64,000 bases of DNA from Polyangiales bacterium (GTDB taxonomy: Bacteria; Myxococcota_A; Polyangia; Polyangiales; Ga0077539). The notes beneath the pieces are model-generated. The model was not told the origin of the DNA. It saw only the letters and a program-made list of their open reading frames with translations, and made no database searches. The stretch is taken from NCBI GenBank assembly GCA_044229975.1, contig JBGARZ010000012.1, positions 96,001-160,000 on the forward strand, in the 5' to 3' direction. This document shows, piece by piece, positions 29,712-39,609 of this stretch (position 1 is the first letter of the stretch; each line of letters begins with the position of its first letter). A program made the translations under genes and the position numbers.

Positions 29712-29828
29712 ACCCCTGGGAACCACCGATACGATCGTCTCGCCACCGATCCATTGATATCGCCTCTGTCGGACCCGATGGCGACGACACCCGCGGTTTT
29801 CGCCGCGATAGCGACGGCCCAACCCCTC

Positions 29829-29844
29829 TGGCACACCTCGCGCA
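29829..29844 (+). promoter_or_regulatory. sigma54 (-24/-12) promoter
   Basis: TGGCACACCTCGCGCA matches TGGCAC-N7-GCW with correct GG/GC spacing; predicts +1 near 29855, just before a C(UUCG)G hairpin (29861-29874) and the tRNA-like RNA. Confidence 0.75.
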
Positions 29845-29881
29845 ATGAGCCTCTGCGTCGGCCGCTTCGGCGGCGCGGCAC

Positions 29882-30013
29882 ACCAGGGTAGCTCAGTCGG
29901 TAGAGCACGAAACACCGCGCGCGATGTTCTCCCCGTCTCTAAGGGGAAGTGAGCGATGCGGTTACTTCACTCCTAATGACGTGGTCGTGGGTTCGAGTCC
30001 CATCCCTGGTACC
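29882..30013 (+). ncRNA. tRNA-like RNA (YrlA-related) with a 57-nt structured insert in the anticodon stem
   Basis: Acceptor ACCAGGG/CCCTGGT, D arm GCTC-AGTCGGTA-GAGC, T arm GTGGG-TTCGAGT-CCCAT, discriminator A then CC(G); anticodon arm CG|TCA-CTCCTAA-TGACG split by insert 29910-29966. Confidence 0.85.
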
Positions 30014-30100
30014 GGTGGCGCGACGGGAGCAGTGAGACGAACGGTTACTTCATCGAACGAAACAACACCGTTCGACGACGTTCTCTCCCGCCGCGACACC
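30014..30100 (+). ncRNA. Y RNA-like hairpin without a tRNA domain
   Basis: End-to-end pairing GGTG/CACC, CGGGAG/CTCCCG, CGAACGGT/ACCGTTCG; shares AGTGAG..CGGTTACTTCA and GAAAC..ACCG..GAYGTTCT with the insert of the preceding RNA; directly upstream of a TROVE gene. Confidence 0.75.
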
Positions 30101-30166
30101 TCATTCTCACCGCCCTCGCTGGAGGGCGCTTCTCGCCCGCCGTCGCGGGCGCAGTGGAGGTCCGCC

Positions 30167-31798
30167 ATGGGTCGCATCAACGTCGCGAAGTCTCTGATGA
30201 AGGTCTTCCGCCCCTTCTCGTCCGCCCCCGCGGGCTCGCACCTCAACTGGATGGGCGGCCCCTCCTACGACGTCCGCTCTCCGCTCGTGCGCCTGCGCGT
30301 CGCGGCGGCCTCGTGCTTCTTCGGCGAGCCCTCGTACTACCAGTCCGACGCTGGCGATCGGCGCCCCAAGCGCGCCCGCGCGTCCGCCCTCACCGACGCC
30401 CAGCGCGCACACCTCCGCGACACGCTGCACGCCATCGACCCCGACGACTGGCGCGACGCGACGCCCGCCGAGTTGATGGAGCGTGCCGTCGACGCCGCGC
30501 TCGCGGCCGACCCCGAGGGGACGCTTCGCCTCGCCGCGTGGCTGCGCGCCGAGGAGCACATCCGCACCACGCCGCAGGTCATCCTGGTGCGCGCGGCCAA
30601 CCACCCCTCCGTGCGCGGTACGGGCCTCGTGCGCCGCTACGCGCCGTCCATCATCCGGCGCGCCGACGAGCCCTCCGTCGGGCTCGCGTACCAGATGTGG
30701 CGCTTCGGCAAGCCGATCCCCAACGCGCTCAAGCGCGCGTGGCGCGACGCGCTCGCCGGGTTCAGCGCGTACGAGCTCGCCCGCTACCGCATGGAGGCGC
30801 GCGACGTGAAGACCATCGACGTCGTGAACCTCGTGCACGCGAAGTCGCCGCACATCGACGCGCTCGCGAAGGGTCAGCTCTCCACCTCGGGCGAGACCTG
30901 GGAGGCCATCGTGTCGGCACGCGGCTCCAACGCGTCGTCGTGGCGCGAGGCGCTGCCGACCATGGGCCACATGGCCCTGCTGCGAAACCTCCGCAACCTC
31001 CTCGGCGTGGGCGTCCGCGCGGACGAGTGGGCGGCGAAGCTCGCGGACGGCGCGCGCACCGGCAAGCAGCTCCCCTTCCGGTACTACTCGGCGTACCGCG
31101 CCGTGAAGAACGCCCCCGGCGCCTCGGGGGTCGCCCTCGACGCGATCGAGCGCTGCCTCATGACGTCGCTGGGCAACCTGCCCCGCTTCGCGGGTCGCGT
31201 GATGTCGCTCTGCGACAACAGCGGGTCGGCCCGCGGCGCGGCGACGTCGTCGATGGGCACCATGTCCGTCGCGACCATCGCCAACCTCACCGGCGTGCTC
31301 GCGGCGCAGCGCGCGGACGACGGCCGCGTGGGCGTCTTCGGTGATCGGCTGGAGGAGTACGTGGTGCGGCCCAACGCCTCGGTGCTCCAGCAGCTCGATG
31401 AGGTCGACCGCCTCGGCGAGAAGGTCGGCCAGGCCACCGAAAACGGCGTGTGGCTCTTCTGGGATCGCGCCATCCGCGAGCGGCAGCACTGGGACCACGT
31501 GTTCGTGTTCTCGGACATGCAGGCCGGACACGGCGGGCTCTACGGCACCGACCCGAAGTCCTACGCGGAGTTCGCCTGGTGCAAGACGAACTACATCGAC
31601 GTGCCCATGCTCGTCGCCGCCTACCGCGAGCGCGTGAACCCCAAGGTCAACGTCTACCTCGTGCAGGTCGCCGGGTACCAGGACACGCTGATGCCCGAGT
31701 TCTACGAGCGCACCTACGTGCTCGGCGGCTGGGGCGAAGGGCTGCTCCGCTTCGCCGCGGAGATGGCCGCCATCGCCGACGGCCCGTCGCGCAACTGA
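30167..31798 (+). CDS. Ro60-related TROVE/vWA RNA-binding protein (Rsr-like)
   Basis: TROVE: IIRRADEP, PNALKRA, YELARYR, DVVNLVH, TWEAIVS, MALLRNLRNL, KQLPFRYYSAY; vWA MIDAS CDNSGS and FSDMQ. Start at ATG 30167 after GGAGG. Confidence 0.92.
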   Translation: MGRINVAKSLMKVFRPFSSAPAGSHLNWMGGPSYDVRSPLVRLRVAAASCFFGEPSYYQSDAGDRRPKRARASALTDAQRAHLRDTLHAIDPDDWRDATPAELMERAVDAALAADPEGTLRLAAWLRAEEHIRTTPQVILVRAANHPSVRGTGLVRRYAPSIIRRADEPSVGLAYQMWRFGKPIPNALKRAWRDALAGFSAYELARYRMEARDVKTIDVVNLVHAKSPHIDALAKGQLSTSGETWEAIVSARGSNASSWREALPTMGHMALLRNLRNLLGVGVRADEWAAKLADGARTGKQLPFRYYSAYRAVKNAPGASGVALDAIERCLMTSLGNLPRFAGRVMSLCDNSGSARGAATSSMGTMSVATIANLTGVLAAQRADDGRVGVFGDRLEEYVVRPNASVLQQLDEVDRLGEKVGQATENGVWLFWDRAIRERQHWDHVFVFSDMQAGHGGLYGTDPKSYAEFAWCKTNYIDVPMLVAAYRERVNPKVNVYLVQVAGYQDTLMPEFYERTYVLGGWGEGLLRFAAEMAAIADGPSRN

Positions 31799-31802
31799 CC
31801 CC

Positions 31803-33092
31803 TCAGTCGAACCCCACCACCAGCCCCGGCTCGCGCGTCACCACGGCGCCGTGCCCCGCCCACAGCACCATCCCCTCCGCCGCCGCGGCATCGGTCTCCA
31901 CGCTCACGGCGACGTGACCGTCGATGAGGTCGATGCCCGCCAGCCTGCCGTGCACGCTCACGTAGAACACCCCGTCCAGCGCCACCGCCAGGTCACCCGT
32001 CAGCGGCCCTGGCACTCCGAACCTCCCGCGCCGCCGACCGTCCCCGAGCGCGTAGCCCTGCAACGTCACGTCCTGCACCTGCCAGAACCCGTTGTTGTCG
32101 ATGGCCCCGCAGGTCTCCACCGTGTGCGGCGGCGCCGGGATCGTCCACAGGTCGACCCCGTTGGCCCGCGCGAGCGCCCTCGGCGCGCCCGTCACGCCCG
32201 TCGCCGCAAAGGCCGGCACCACCACCACCGGCCCCGTCACCACGACCGGGCACGTCGCGCGGTACGGCAGCACCTTCTCCCAACGCGCGCGCAGCGCCGA
32301 CGGCGTCCGCGCCACCAGCCGCGTCGTCGGCCGCGCGTCCACCGTGTACAGCAGGTCGTGCTCGGCGGAGGTGAGGTTCAGCACCGTTCCTGGCAGTGGG
32401 ATGCGAGCGCCCATCTCTCCCGACGGCAGCCGCGCCGATCGCAATTGCACCGCGCCGTCGTGCATCCACCACGCGCCGTCCACCAACGCGCCCGACCACC
32501 GCGCCCGCAGCGCCTCGGACGTAAACGTCGTCCGAAACCGCTGGTGACCATCGCGCGCATCGAGCGCCACCAGACCGCCGCGCCCCGTCTCCAGGCACGT
32601 TCGCTGCGCGACCCCTGGCGTGTCCGCGCCCCGCCGCGCGCAGTGCGGGATGGTGTCCACCAGCACGAGACCGTCGGCCACCTCCAGCGGCTCGCCGTGC
32701 AGGCCGCCGACCGCGACGTGCCAGCGGAGCGTTCCGTCGCGCAGGTCGAACGCAAACACCTCACCGTCCGTCGGCCCCTCGGTCTCGCGCCGCACCGCGC
32801 TCACGAACACCGTCCGCCCGTCCGTCGCCGGCTCTCCGTACGGCGCGCGCGGCGTGAAGTCGTAGCGCCACCGCTCGGTACCCATCGGCCGCGGCCCGTG
32901 CGTCAGCGAACGCCACCGCGGCTGCGACCCCTCGCCCGCGCGCGTCGGCGCGATCACCGGCGTCTCACCCGGCGTCTCGACCACGCCGCTCTCCACCACC
33001 GCCCCGTCCGCGGAGAGCTCCTCGGCGTGACGCGCCCCCCGTCGACACCCGCACACCGCGAGCGCCGCGAGCACCCACGCGCTCGTTCGCAC
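31803..33092 (-). CDS. PQQ-like (BamB-type) beta-propeller lipoprotein
   Basis: Lipobox AVCGC; repeats VFAFDLRDGTLRW, LVALDARDGHQRF, RALARANGVDLW. Confidence 0.8.
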   Translation of the reverse strand: MRTSAWVLAALAVCGCRRGARHAEELSADGAVVESGVVETPGETPVIAPTRAGEGSQPRWRSLTHGPRPMGTERWRYDFTPRAPYGEPATDGRTVFVSAVRRETEGPTDGEVFAFDLRDGTLRWHVAVGGLHGEPLEVADGLVLVDTIPHCARRGADTPGVAQRTCLETGRGGLVALDARDGHQRFRTTFTSEALRARWSGALVDGAWWMHDGAVQLRSARLPSGEMGARIPLPGTVLNLTSAEHDLLYTVDARPTTRLVARTPSALRARWEKVLPYRATCPVVVTGPVVVVPAFAATGVTGAPRALARANGVDLWTIPAPPHTVETCGAIDNNGFWQVQDVTLQGYALGDGRRRGRFGVPGPLTGDLAVALDGVFYVSVHGRLAGIDLIDGHVAVSVETDAAAAEGMVLWAGHGAVVTREPGLVVGFD

Positions 33093-33096
33093 AGCC

Positions 33097-34236
33097 TCAG
33101 CCGCCCTGGTGCGCGTCGCTCGCGTGCGCCGGCGCCGTCGTCGCCGGGCCCGACCGCAGCGCGCGCTCGATGCTCGCCCGCAGCGTGTTGGCGTCGGTGA
33201 GCCCCTCGAAGCGCTCGTTGCCCACGTACAGCGTCGGAAGCCCCGCGACGTCGGCCGCGCGAGCGTCGTTCATGTCGTGTTCGAGCGCCGCCTCGGGGCG
33301 CTGCGAGGCGAGGCACGCGCGGTACGCCGCGAGCTCGACGTGGGCCTCACGCACCACGCGCTCGCAGCCTTCGGGCGTGAGGTCTTCGGCGCGAAACAGC
33401 GCGCTCGCCACGGCCTCGCCGTGACCCTGCTCCTCGGCGCAGCACGCCGCCCTCGCCGCGCCGCGCGCGTGCGGGTGGAAGGAGAGCGGAACGTTCTTGC
33501 GGATGACGCGCACGCGCGGACCGTACGAGGCCACCACGGGGGCGAGCGCCTCCTGCTGGCGTCGGCAGAACGGGCACTCGAAGTCGACGAACTCCACGAT
33601 GGTGGCGACGTCGCGCTGCTGGAGCCGCGCGATGACCTCGGGCAGCGGCGCGATGGTGGGCGAGTTGGGGCCGATGGGTCGGCTGGTGGGCCGCGAGAGG
33701 CCGAAGCCCAGCGGGAGCAGCAGCGCCGCGAGGGCCGCGCCGGTCACCACGAAGGACGGGATGAGCCGCGGCCGCGCGGGCTCATCGGCCGCGCGAACGT
33801 CCATGCGAAGGCTCACCGCGAGGGCGCCCGTGATGATGGAGGAGACGTCGACGACGACGCAGAACTTGCACCAGTGGTGGATCACCAACGCCTGGATCGC
33901 GAGGAAGCTCACGCCCGCCAGCACGCCGAGCAGACCGAGCGAGGCGAGCAGGCGGCGGGCGCGTTCGCGGGCGCCGATGAGCGACAGCCCGAGCAGCGAC
34001 GAGAAGAAGAGCACCCCGGGGACGGGCAGCGGGATGCCGAAGGGACGCGCGTAGACCGAGTTGCGGACGGCGTCGCATCCGCTGCCGTGGTCGGCGCAGA
34101 AGACGGGCGGTCGCACGTAGTCGACGAGGAGCATCGCGGCGGTGGCGACGCCGACGAGGCAGAGCGCCTGGAGGGCCAGCTCGCGGACGTGGACGGAGGG
34201 GCGCGCGGGGGGTTGCGGGGCGGCGGCTTCGCTCAT
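33097..34236 (-). CDS. vitamin K epoxide reductase (VKOR)-DsbA/thioredoxin fusion
   Basis: VKOR loop cysteines FCADHGSGCDAV and helix CKFC; C-terminal EFVDFECPFC...GLPT thioredoxin fold. Start at MSEAAAP. Confidence 0.88.
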   Translation of the reverse strand: MSEAAAPQPPARPSVHVRELALQALCLVGVATAAMLLVDYVRPPVFCADHGSGCDAVRNSVYARPFGIPLPVPGVLFFSSLLGLSLIGARERARRLLASLGLLGVLAGVSFLAIQALVIHHWCKFCVVVDVSSIITGALAVSLRMDVRAADEPARPRLIPSFVVTGAALAALLLPLGFGLSRPTSRPIGPNSPTIAPLPEVIARLQQRDVATIVEFVDFECPFCRRQQEALAPVVASYGPRVRVIRKNVPLSFHPHARGAARAACCAEEQGHGEAVASALFRAEDLTPEGCERVVREAHVELAAYRACLASQRPEAALEHDMNDARAADVAGLPTLYVGNERFEGLTDANTLRASIERALRSGPATTAPAHASDAHQGG

Positions 34237-34299
34237 GATGTCGGCGGGAGATATAGCGCTATTGGCGGCGGGTGGGGTGTTGTCCGCGATGTGCTTTGA

Positions 34300-35838
<1,539 letters not shown>

Positions 35839-35852
35839 CAGGAGCATCGCGA

Positions 35853-36311
35853 GTGAGCCAGGACATCGACCTCGCTACGACCCCGCACCGCGGCGGCGTG
35901 CTTCGCCTCGACGTGGTGACGCCCGCCGGCGTCGCCGTTCGCAAGGACGTCGACACGGTCGAGGCGCCCAGCGTCGACGGGGAGTTCGGCGTTCTGCCGG
36001 GCCACCTGCCGCTGCTGGCCGCGCTCAAGGCCGGGGTCGTGCGCTACCGCTCCGAGGGCAAGACCTTCGTGCTCGCGGTGGGCGCAGGCTTCGCCGAGGC
36101 GGGGAGCGACCTGATGACCATCCTCACCGACCGCTGCCTGGAGGCGAAGGACATCGACGTCGCCAAGGCGCGCACCGAGCTCGACGCCGCGTCGAAGAAG
36201 CTCGAAGCCTTCAACGGCCCGCAGGAGGGCGCCGAGTTCGAGGAGCTCACGCGCTCGGCGCAGTGGTTCCAGGCGCAGCTCGACGCCGCCCGCGAGTCCG
36301 GCCGCAACTGA
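35853..36311 (+). CDS. atpC: F1 ATP synthase epsilon subunit
   Basis: LDVVTP, GEFGVLPGHLP, GFAE; directly follows atpD. Confidence 0.95.
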   Translation: MSQDIDLATTPHRGGVLRLDVVTPAGVAVRKDVDTVEAPSVDGEFGVLPGHLPLLAALKAGVVRYRSEGKTFVLAVGAGFAEAGSDLMTILTDRCLEAKDIDVAKARTELDAASKKLEAFNGPQEGAEFEELTRSAQWFQAQLDAARESGRN

Positions 36312-36377
36312 GCGCGGCGCTCCGCTCCTCCCCAGTCACAACCCAAGTTCTCCCAACGTTGCTCGACGGGGTGTGAC

Positions 36378-37079
36378 CTACGCCGTGGGCTTCTCGTCGC
36401 CGCCGTCGTCGCCGTCGTCGGGCGTCGCGACGGCCCGCCGCTGCGAGCGCCGGAAGAAGCTCTCGGCCCACTCGCGCGACTTGCCGTTCTTCACCGCGCG
36501 CTGGAGCAGCCGCCCCAGCGTGCCCAGCCGCAGCGCGTTGACGTCGTCGATGAGCGCGACGATCTCGCGCACCCGGTGGTCGTTGCGCTTCGCGGCGGCG
36601 TCGATGCGCCCCTGCACCGCGGCGTCGCCTGCCACGACATGGCGGGCGAACGAATCCGCGTACGCCACCAGCTCGGGCTCGGGCTCACCGCGCAGCGACG
36701 CGGCCCAGCCGCGCACCCGGGCGAGCTGCCGCTCCAGCGCGAGCTTGACCGTGTCGGAGACGGAGGTGGGGAAGTACCGCTTCCACCGCGCGCTGCCGCG
36801 CTTGCCGTCCTCCGCGGCGAAGAGCTTCACGCCGAAGCCCTCGGTGGTGCCGTCGAGGCTGAGGTTCTCGGTGTCGACGGTGGCCTGGACCACGATCTCG
36901 CCGCGCCAGACGGCGTACTGCCCGGCGCGCACCGTCTCCAGCGTCGCCAGACGCTCGGCGAAGGCTGGCGCGAGGTCGCGCGTGAGCGGGTCGCCGAGCA
37001 GCCGCGCCTCGCTGTAGATGAGCTCCTCCCAGACGCCGTCGAGCGATTCCGAATGCTGGATCGTACGGACAGAACCCAT
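36378..37079 (-). CDS. hypothetical helical protein
   Basis: Host-like codon usage from MGSVRTIQHSES to WAESFFRR...; GAGGGT RBS. The longer ORF start at 37589 only runs through repeats. Confidence 0.7.
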   Translation of the reverse strand: MGSVRTIQHSESLDGVWEELIYSEARLLGDPLTRDLAPAFAERLATLETVRAGQYAVWRGEIVVQATVDTENLSLDGTTEGFGVKLFAAEDGKRGSARWKRYFPTSVSDTVKLALERQLARVRGWAASLRGEPEPELVAYADSFARHVVAGDAAVQGRIDAAAKRNDHRVREIVALIDDVNALRLGTLGRLLQRAVKNGKSREWAESFFRRSQRRAVATPDDGDDGGDEKPTA

Positions 37080-37284
37080 CGCCACCCTCCATGGAACTCG
37101 CCGCCCCGCCACGGCGACGGGACCCTCCGAGTAGAGAGACGTTCGTGCGGGAGCCGCGCTGGCGTCAATGTCGACGTTCTGACGGTAGACGGGTGTGAGG
37201 TGTTGGCGCGCTGACAGGGTGCGGTGGGGGAGCGGTTGATGGGGTACCGGGACGCCAGAGACCCGGCGACGGAGCGCGTCGACG

Positions 37285-37426
37285 GTTGCCGGCGAGCGCG
37301 GGAGCCGACAGCGGAGAGGGCAGCCGGGTGTTGGCGGGCGCGGGAGACGACGGCGGCGAGGGCAACCGGGTGTTGGCGGGCGCGGGAGGCGGCAGCGGTG
37401 GGGGCAGCCGGGTGTTGGCGAGCGCG
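37285..37426. repeat. imperfect 42-bp tandem repeat, about 3.5 copies
   Basis: Unit approximates CCGGGTGTTGGCGGGCGCGGGAG(N)GGCA, recurring near 37324, 37366 and 37408, plus a partial copy before. Confidence 0.75.
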
Positions 37427-37479
37427 CGTCGACCGGACAGGGGAAGCGTACGGGGGTTCGGGAGTGGAGGCGTTCCCAG

Positions 37480-38356
37480 GTGCTGACCAACGTGCGCGAG
37501 TACATCGAAGGCGCCCAGGACGCCCAGGGGCGTGCGGTGCCCGAGGTGGCCCGGGTGCAGCTCCGGCCCGCGGGGATGTCGCCCGGCAACTACGAGTACC
37601 TCGTCGCAGGAGTTCTGACGGGTTGAAGAAGCCGCAAGTCTTGTCCTTGCAACCCTTGCGCCCTTGCGGCTTCTTCAACCCGTCAGAACTCCTGCGACGA
37701 GGTACGAGGTGGGTCAGGCCGCGACCCAGAGTCAGGACGTGACGATCAACCTGACCGTCGATCCGGCCGTCGCGCCGTGGGCTTGGGGGCAGGGCTACCC
37801 CGCCGTGCGGACCGTGTCGGCCGTGTCGTCCGATCGGCGTGTCCTGACGCTCGACAACGCGGCGGGCATCACGCAGGGAGCACGCATCGCAGTCTTCCTC
37901 GGAACGAACCGGGTGCGGGGCGGCTACTGGCTGACCACGGTCGCCCTCCCGCCTGTCAGCAATGTCGTCACCCTGAGCGACGCGTTGCCAGTGGCGCCCC
38001 CGAGCAACGCGGCGGTGTGTGCGGATTGCGGTCTGTGGGACACGATCCGCGCGCTGGTGTTGCAATACTTCGATTCACTCGGGCCGGGGGATGTGCCCTT
38101 GGAGCGGACTGGCTCGCAGCGATTCCCGAGGCCCACCGATCTCGGACCAGATCGATTCTACTCCAGTCGGCTCATCGAGAAGATCCAAGACGTATCTGGT
38201 GTTCTAGGAGTGTCGATTACGACACCTGAGATGAACACCGTCGCCCTGCGGATTCGCTTCAGTTGCCAGATCGACCAGTCGCGAAGTTGGCGTCGCGCAT
38301 CCCTTCGACGGGCCCCAGCCCAGTGCACGGCCATGCGTCGACGACTGGCGCGCTGA
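37480..38356 (+). pseudogene. phage baseplate J-like gene remnant, 5'-truncated and interrupted by a MITE
   Basis: VREYIEG...QLRPAG..NYE|VGQAATQSQDVTINL and IRALVLQYFDSLGPGD...SSRLIEKIQDVSGVLGVSITTP resemble the baseplate-J C-terminal half; the frames join when the insert is removed. Confidence 0.6.
37596..37705. mobile_element. MITE-like palindrome (43-bp perfect arms, 24-bp spacer)
   Basis: GTACCTCGTCGCAGGAGTTCTGACGGGTTGAAGAAGCCGCAAG (37596-37638) and its exact reverse complement (37663-37705); flanking direct repeat TA or TACGAG. Confidence 0.85.
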
Positions 38357-38530
38357 CGACGCCACTCGTCGTCCTGCTCCACCGTCATCTTGTTGACGGT
38401 ATGGCAAATCGCGTGACGGGGTATCGACAGCGCACTCCGGCCTGGGGTACCCCACCAGGGTCGAGGTCACCGTTGTGGCGTCGGCATACGGGGATCGGGC
38501 GAATGCCCACCATCTGGGAGGACTTCCATC

Positions 38531-39553
38531 ATGGGAATGAGTGCAGAGAAGAGAGAAGCGCTGAAGGCTGGCGGTCGCAGGGTCTACAAGGCATCACCCA
38601 ACGACCCCGACCTCGGGCCGTTGCAGGCTTTGCCGGGCGTGTGGTCGAGCAAGGGCACCGGCTGGAACATGATCGCCCTGCCCTTCGCCGCGCCGGGCGC
38701 GCCGCCGTTTCGCCTGTTGCTCAATCAATATGACGAGGTGTTGACGTTTACCCTTGTGGACAAGGCCGTGCCCAACCGCGGCATCACGAGCCCGCCTCCG
38801 CCGCAGGAAAACGATCAGCTCATCGTCACGCTCGATTACGAACAGGTGATTCACCAGGTGGCCTCGGTCGACTCTCCGGTGAGCGGAAAGGCCGGCGACC
38901 CTGGTCAGGCGATTCACCACGAGCCGGGCCTCTGGCTCTATATGATCAACAACGTGGACAACGGCGTCGACGTCGGGCGACTGGCCACGATTCCCCATGG
39001 AAACTCGGTGCTGGCGCTGGGGACATCCGACGACATCGACCCGGTCGACAAGGCCAACCTGATTCCCTCCATCAGCGGTCTCCCGATCGGCCTCGCCAAC
39101 TCGGACATCAACGACCCCAACAACCGCTACCTGGCTCCGTACAAGCAGTTTCACGACTCGCCCTTCCTGGGCACCGTGACCGGAGTCCCGGGCTTCCCGG
39201 GCTTCGACCCGGTGTTTCCCGCCGAGCTCCTGAAGCTCGCGCTCAACGGTCTCAACATCAAGCGCACCACGGTGCTCCACGTCGACACGGCCACGCAGAC
39301 CGGGGGCATCTCCAATATCCCCTTCATCGTGAAGCAGGCCGACGCGCGTCGCATGGTCTCGACCTTCTGGATTCACGAGTTGCAAGAGTTCGACGAGGCC
39401 GGTCAGCCCCGCTTCGTGTTGCAATACCTCCAGGACGTCAGCCTGGACTTCTTCCCGCGCGGCGACGGCACGCCCGGCCTCATCCGCTGGCCGCACGTGA
39501 GCATCAACACCCTCGAGAAGAGGCCGACGACCCAGGCCTCCGTCCGCGCCTGA
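38531..39553 (+). CDS. putative heme-binding protein (beta-barrel, FMP/peroxidase-type family)
   Basis: LGPL..LPG.W, GWNMIALP, VPNRG, IHHEPGLWL, ATIPHGNS, NIPFI, LQY.Q.V.LDF, WPHVSINTL. Confidence 0.7.
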   Translation: MGMSAEKREALKAGGRRVYKASPNDPDLGPLQALPGVWSSKGTGWNMIALPFAAPGAPPFRLLLNQYDEVLTFTLVDKAVPNRGITSPPPPQENDQLIVTLDYEQVIHQVASVDSPVSGKAGDPGQAIHHEPGLWLYMINNVDNGVDVGRLATIPHGNSVLALGTSDDIDPVDKANLIPSISGLPIGLANSDINDPNNRYLAPYKQFHDSPFLGTVTGVPGFPGFDPVFPAELLKLALNGLNIKRTTVLHVDTATQTGGISNIPFIVKQADARRMVSTFWIHELQEFDEAGQPRFVLQYLQDVSLDFFPRGDGTPGLIRWPHVSINTLEKRPTTQASVRA

Positions 39554-39609
39554 GCGCACCACACCCGTAGGATGGTGACGCCCCGTCGGCCTCTGGTCGG
39601 CGGGGCGTA

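Noticed and set aside
29922..29953. Kink-turn/box C-D motif in the insert (GATG opposite GTGA)
   Set aside because: Tandem G.A pairs are possible, but the required 3-nt bulge next to them is missing.
29882..30013. Calling this an ordinary tRNA-Arg, a tRNA with a group I/II intron, or tmRNA
   Set aside because: The insert is only 57 nt, lies in the stem rather than the loop and lacks ribozyme core elements. An intact D arm and the absence of a tag ORF exclude tmRNA.
29924..30166. 81-codon N-terminal extension of the TROVE ORF in the ORF track
   Set aside because: It runs through the structured RNAs, and a GGAGG RBS precedes ATG 30167. The open frame is probably chance, although ribosome profiling would be needed to exclude it fully.
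37285..37426. Possible CRISPR array
   Set aside because: The variable parts resemble each other and are too short to be spacers, the repeats are imperfect, and there are no cas genes.
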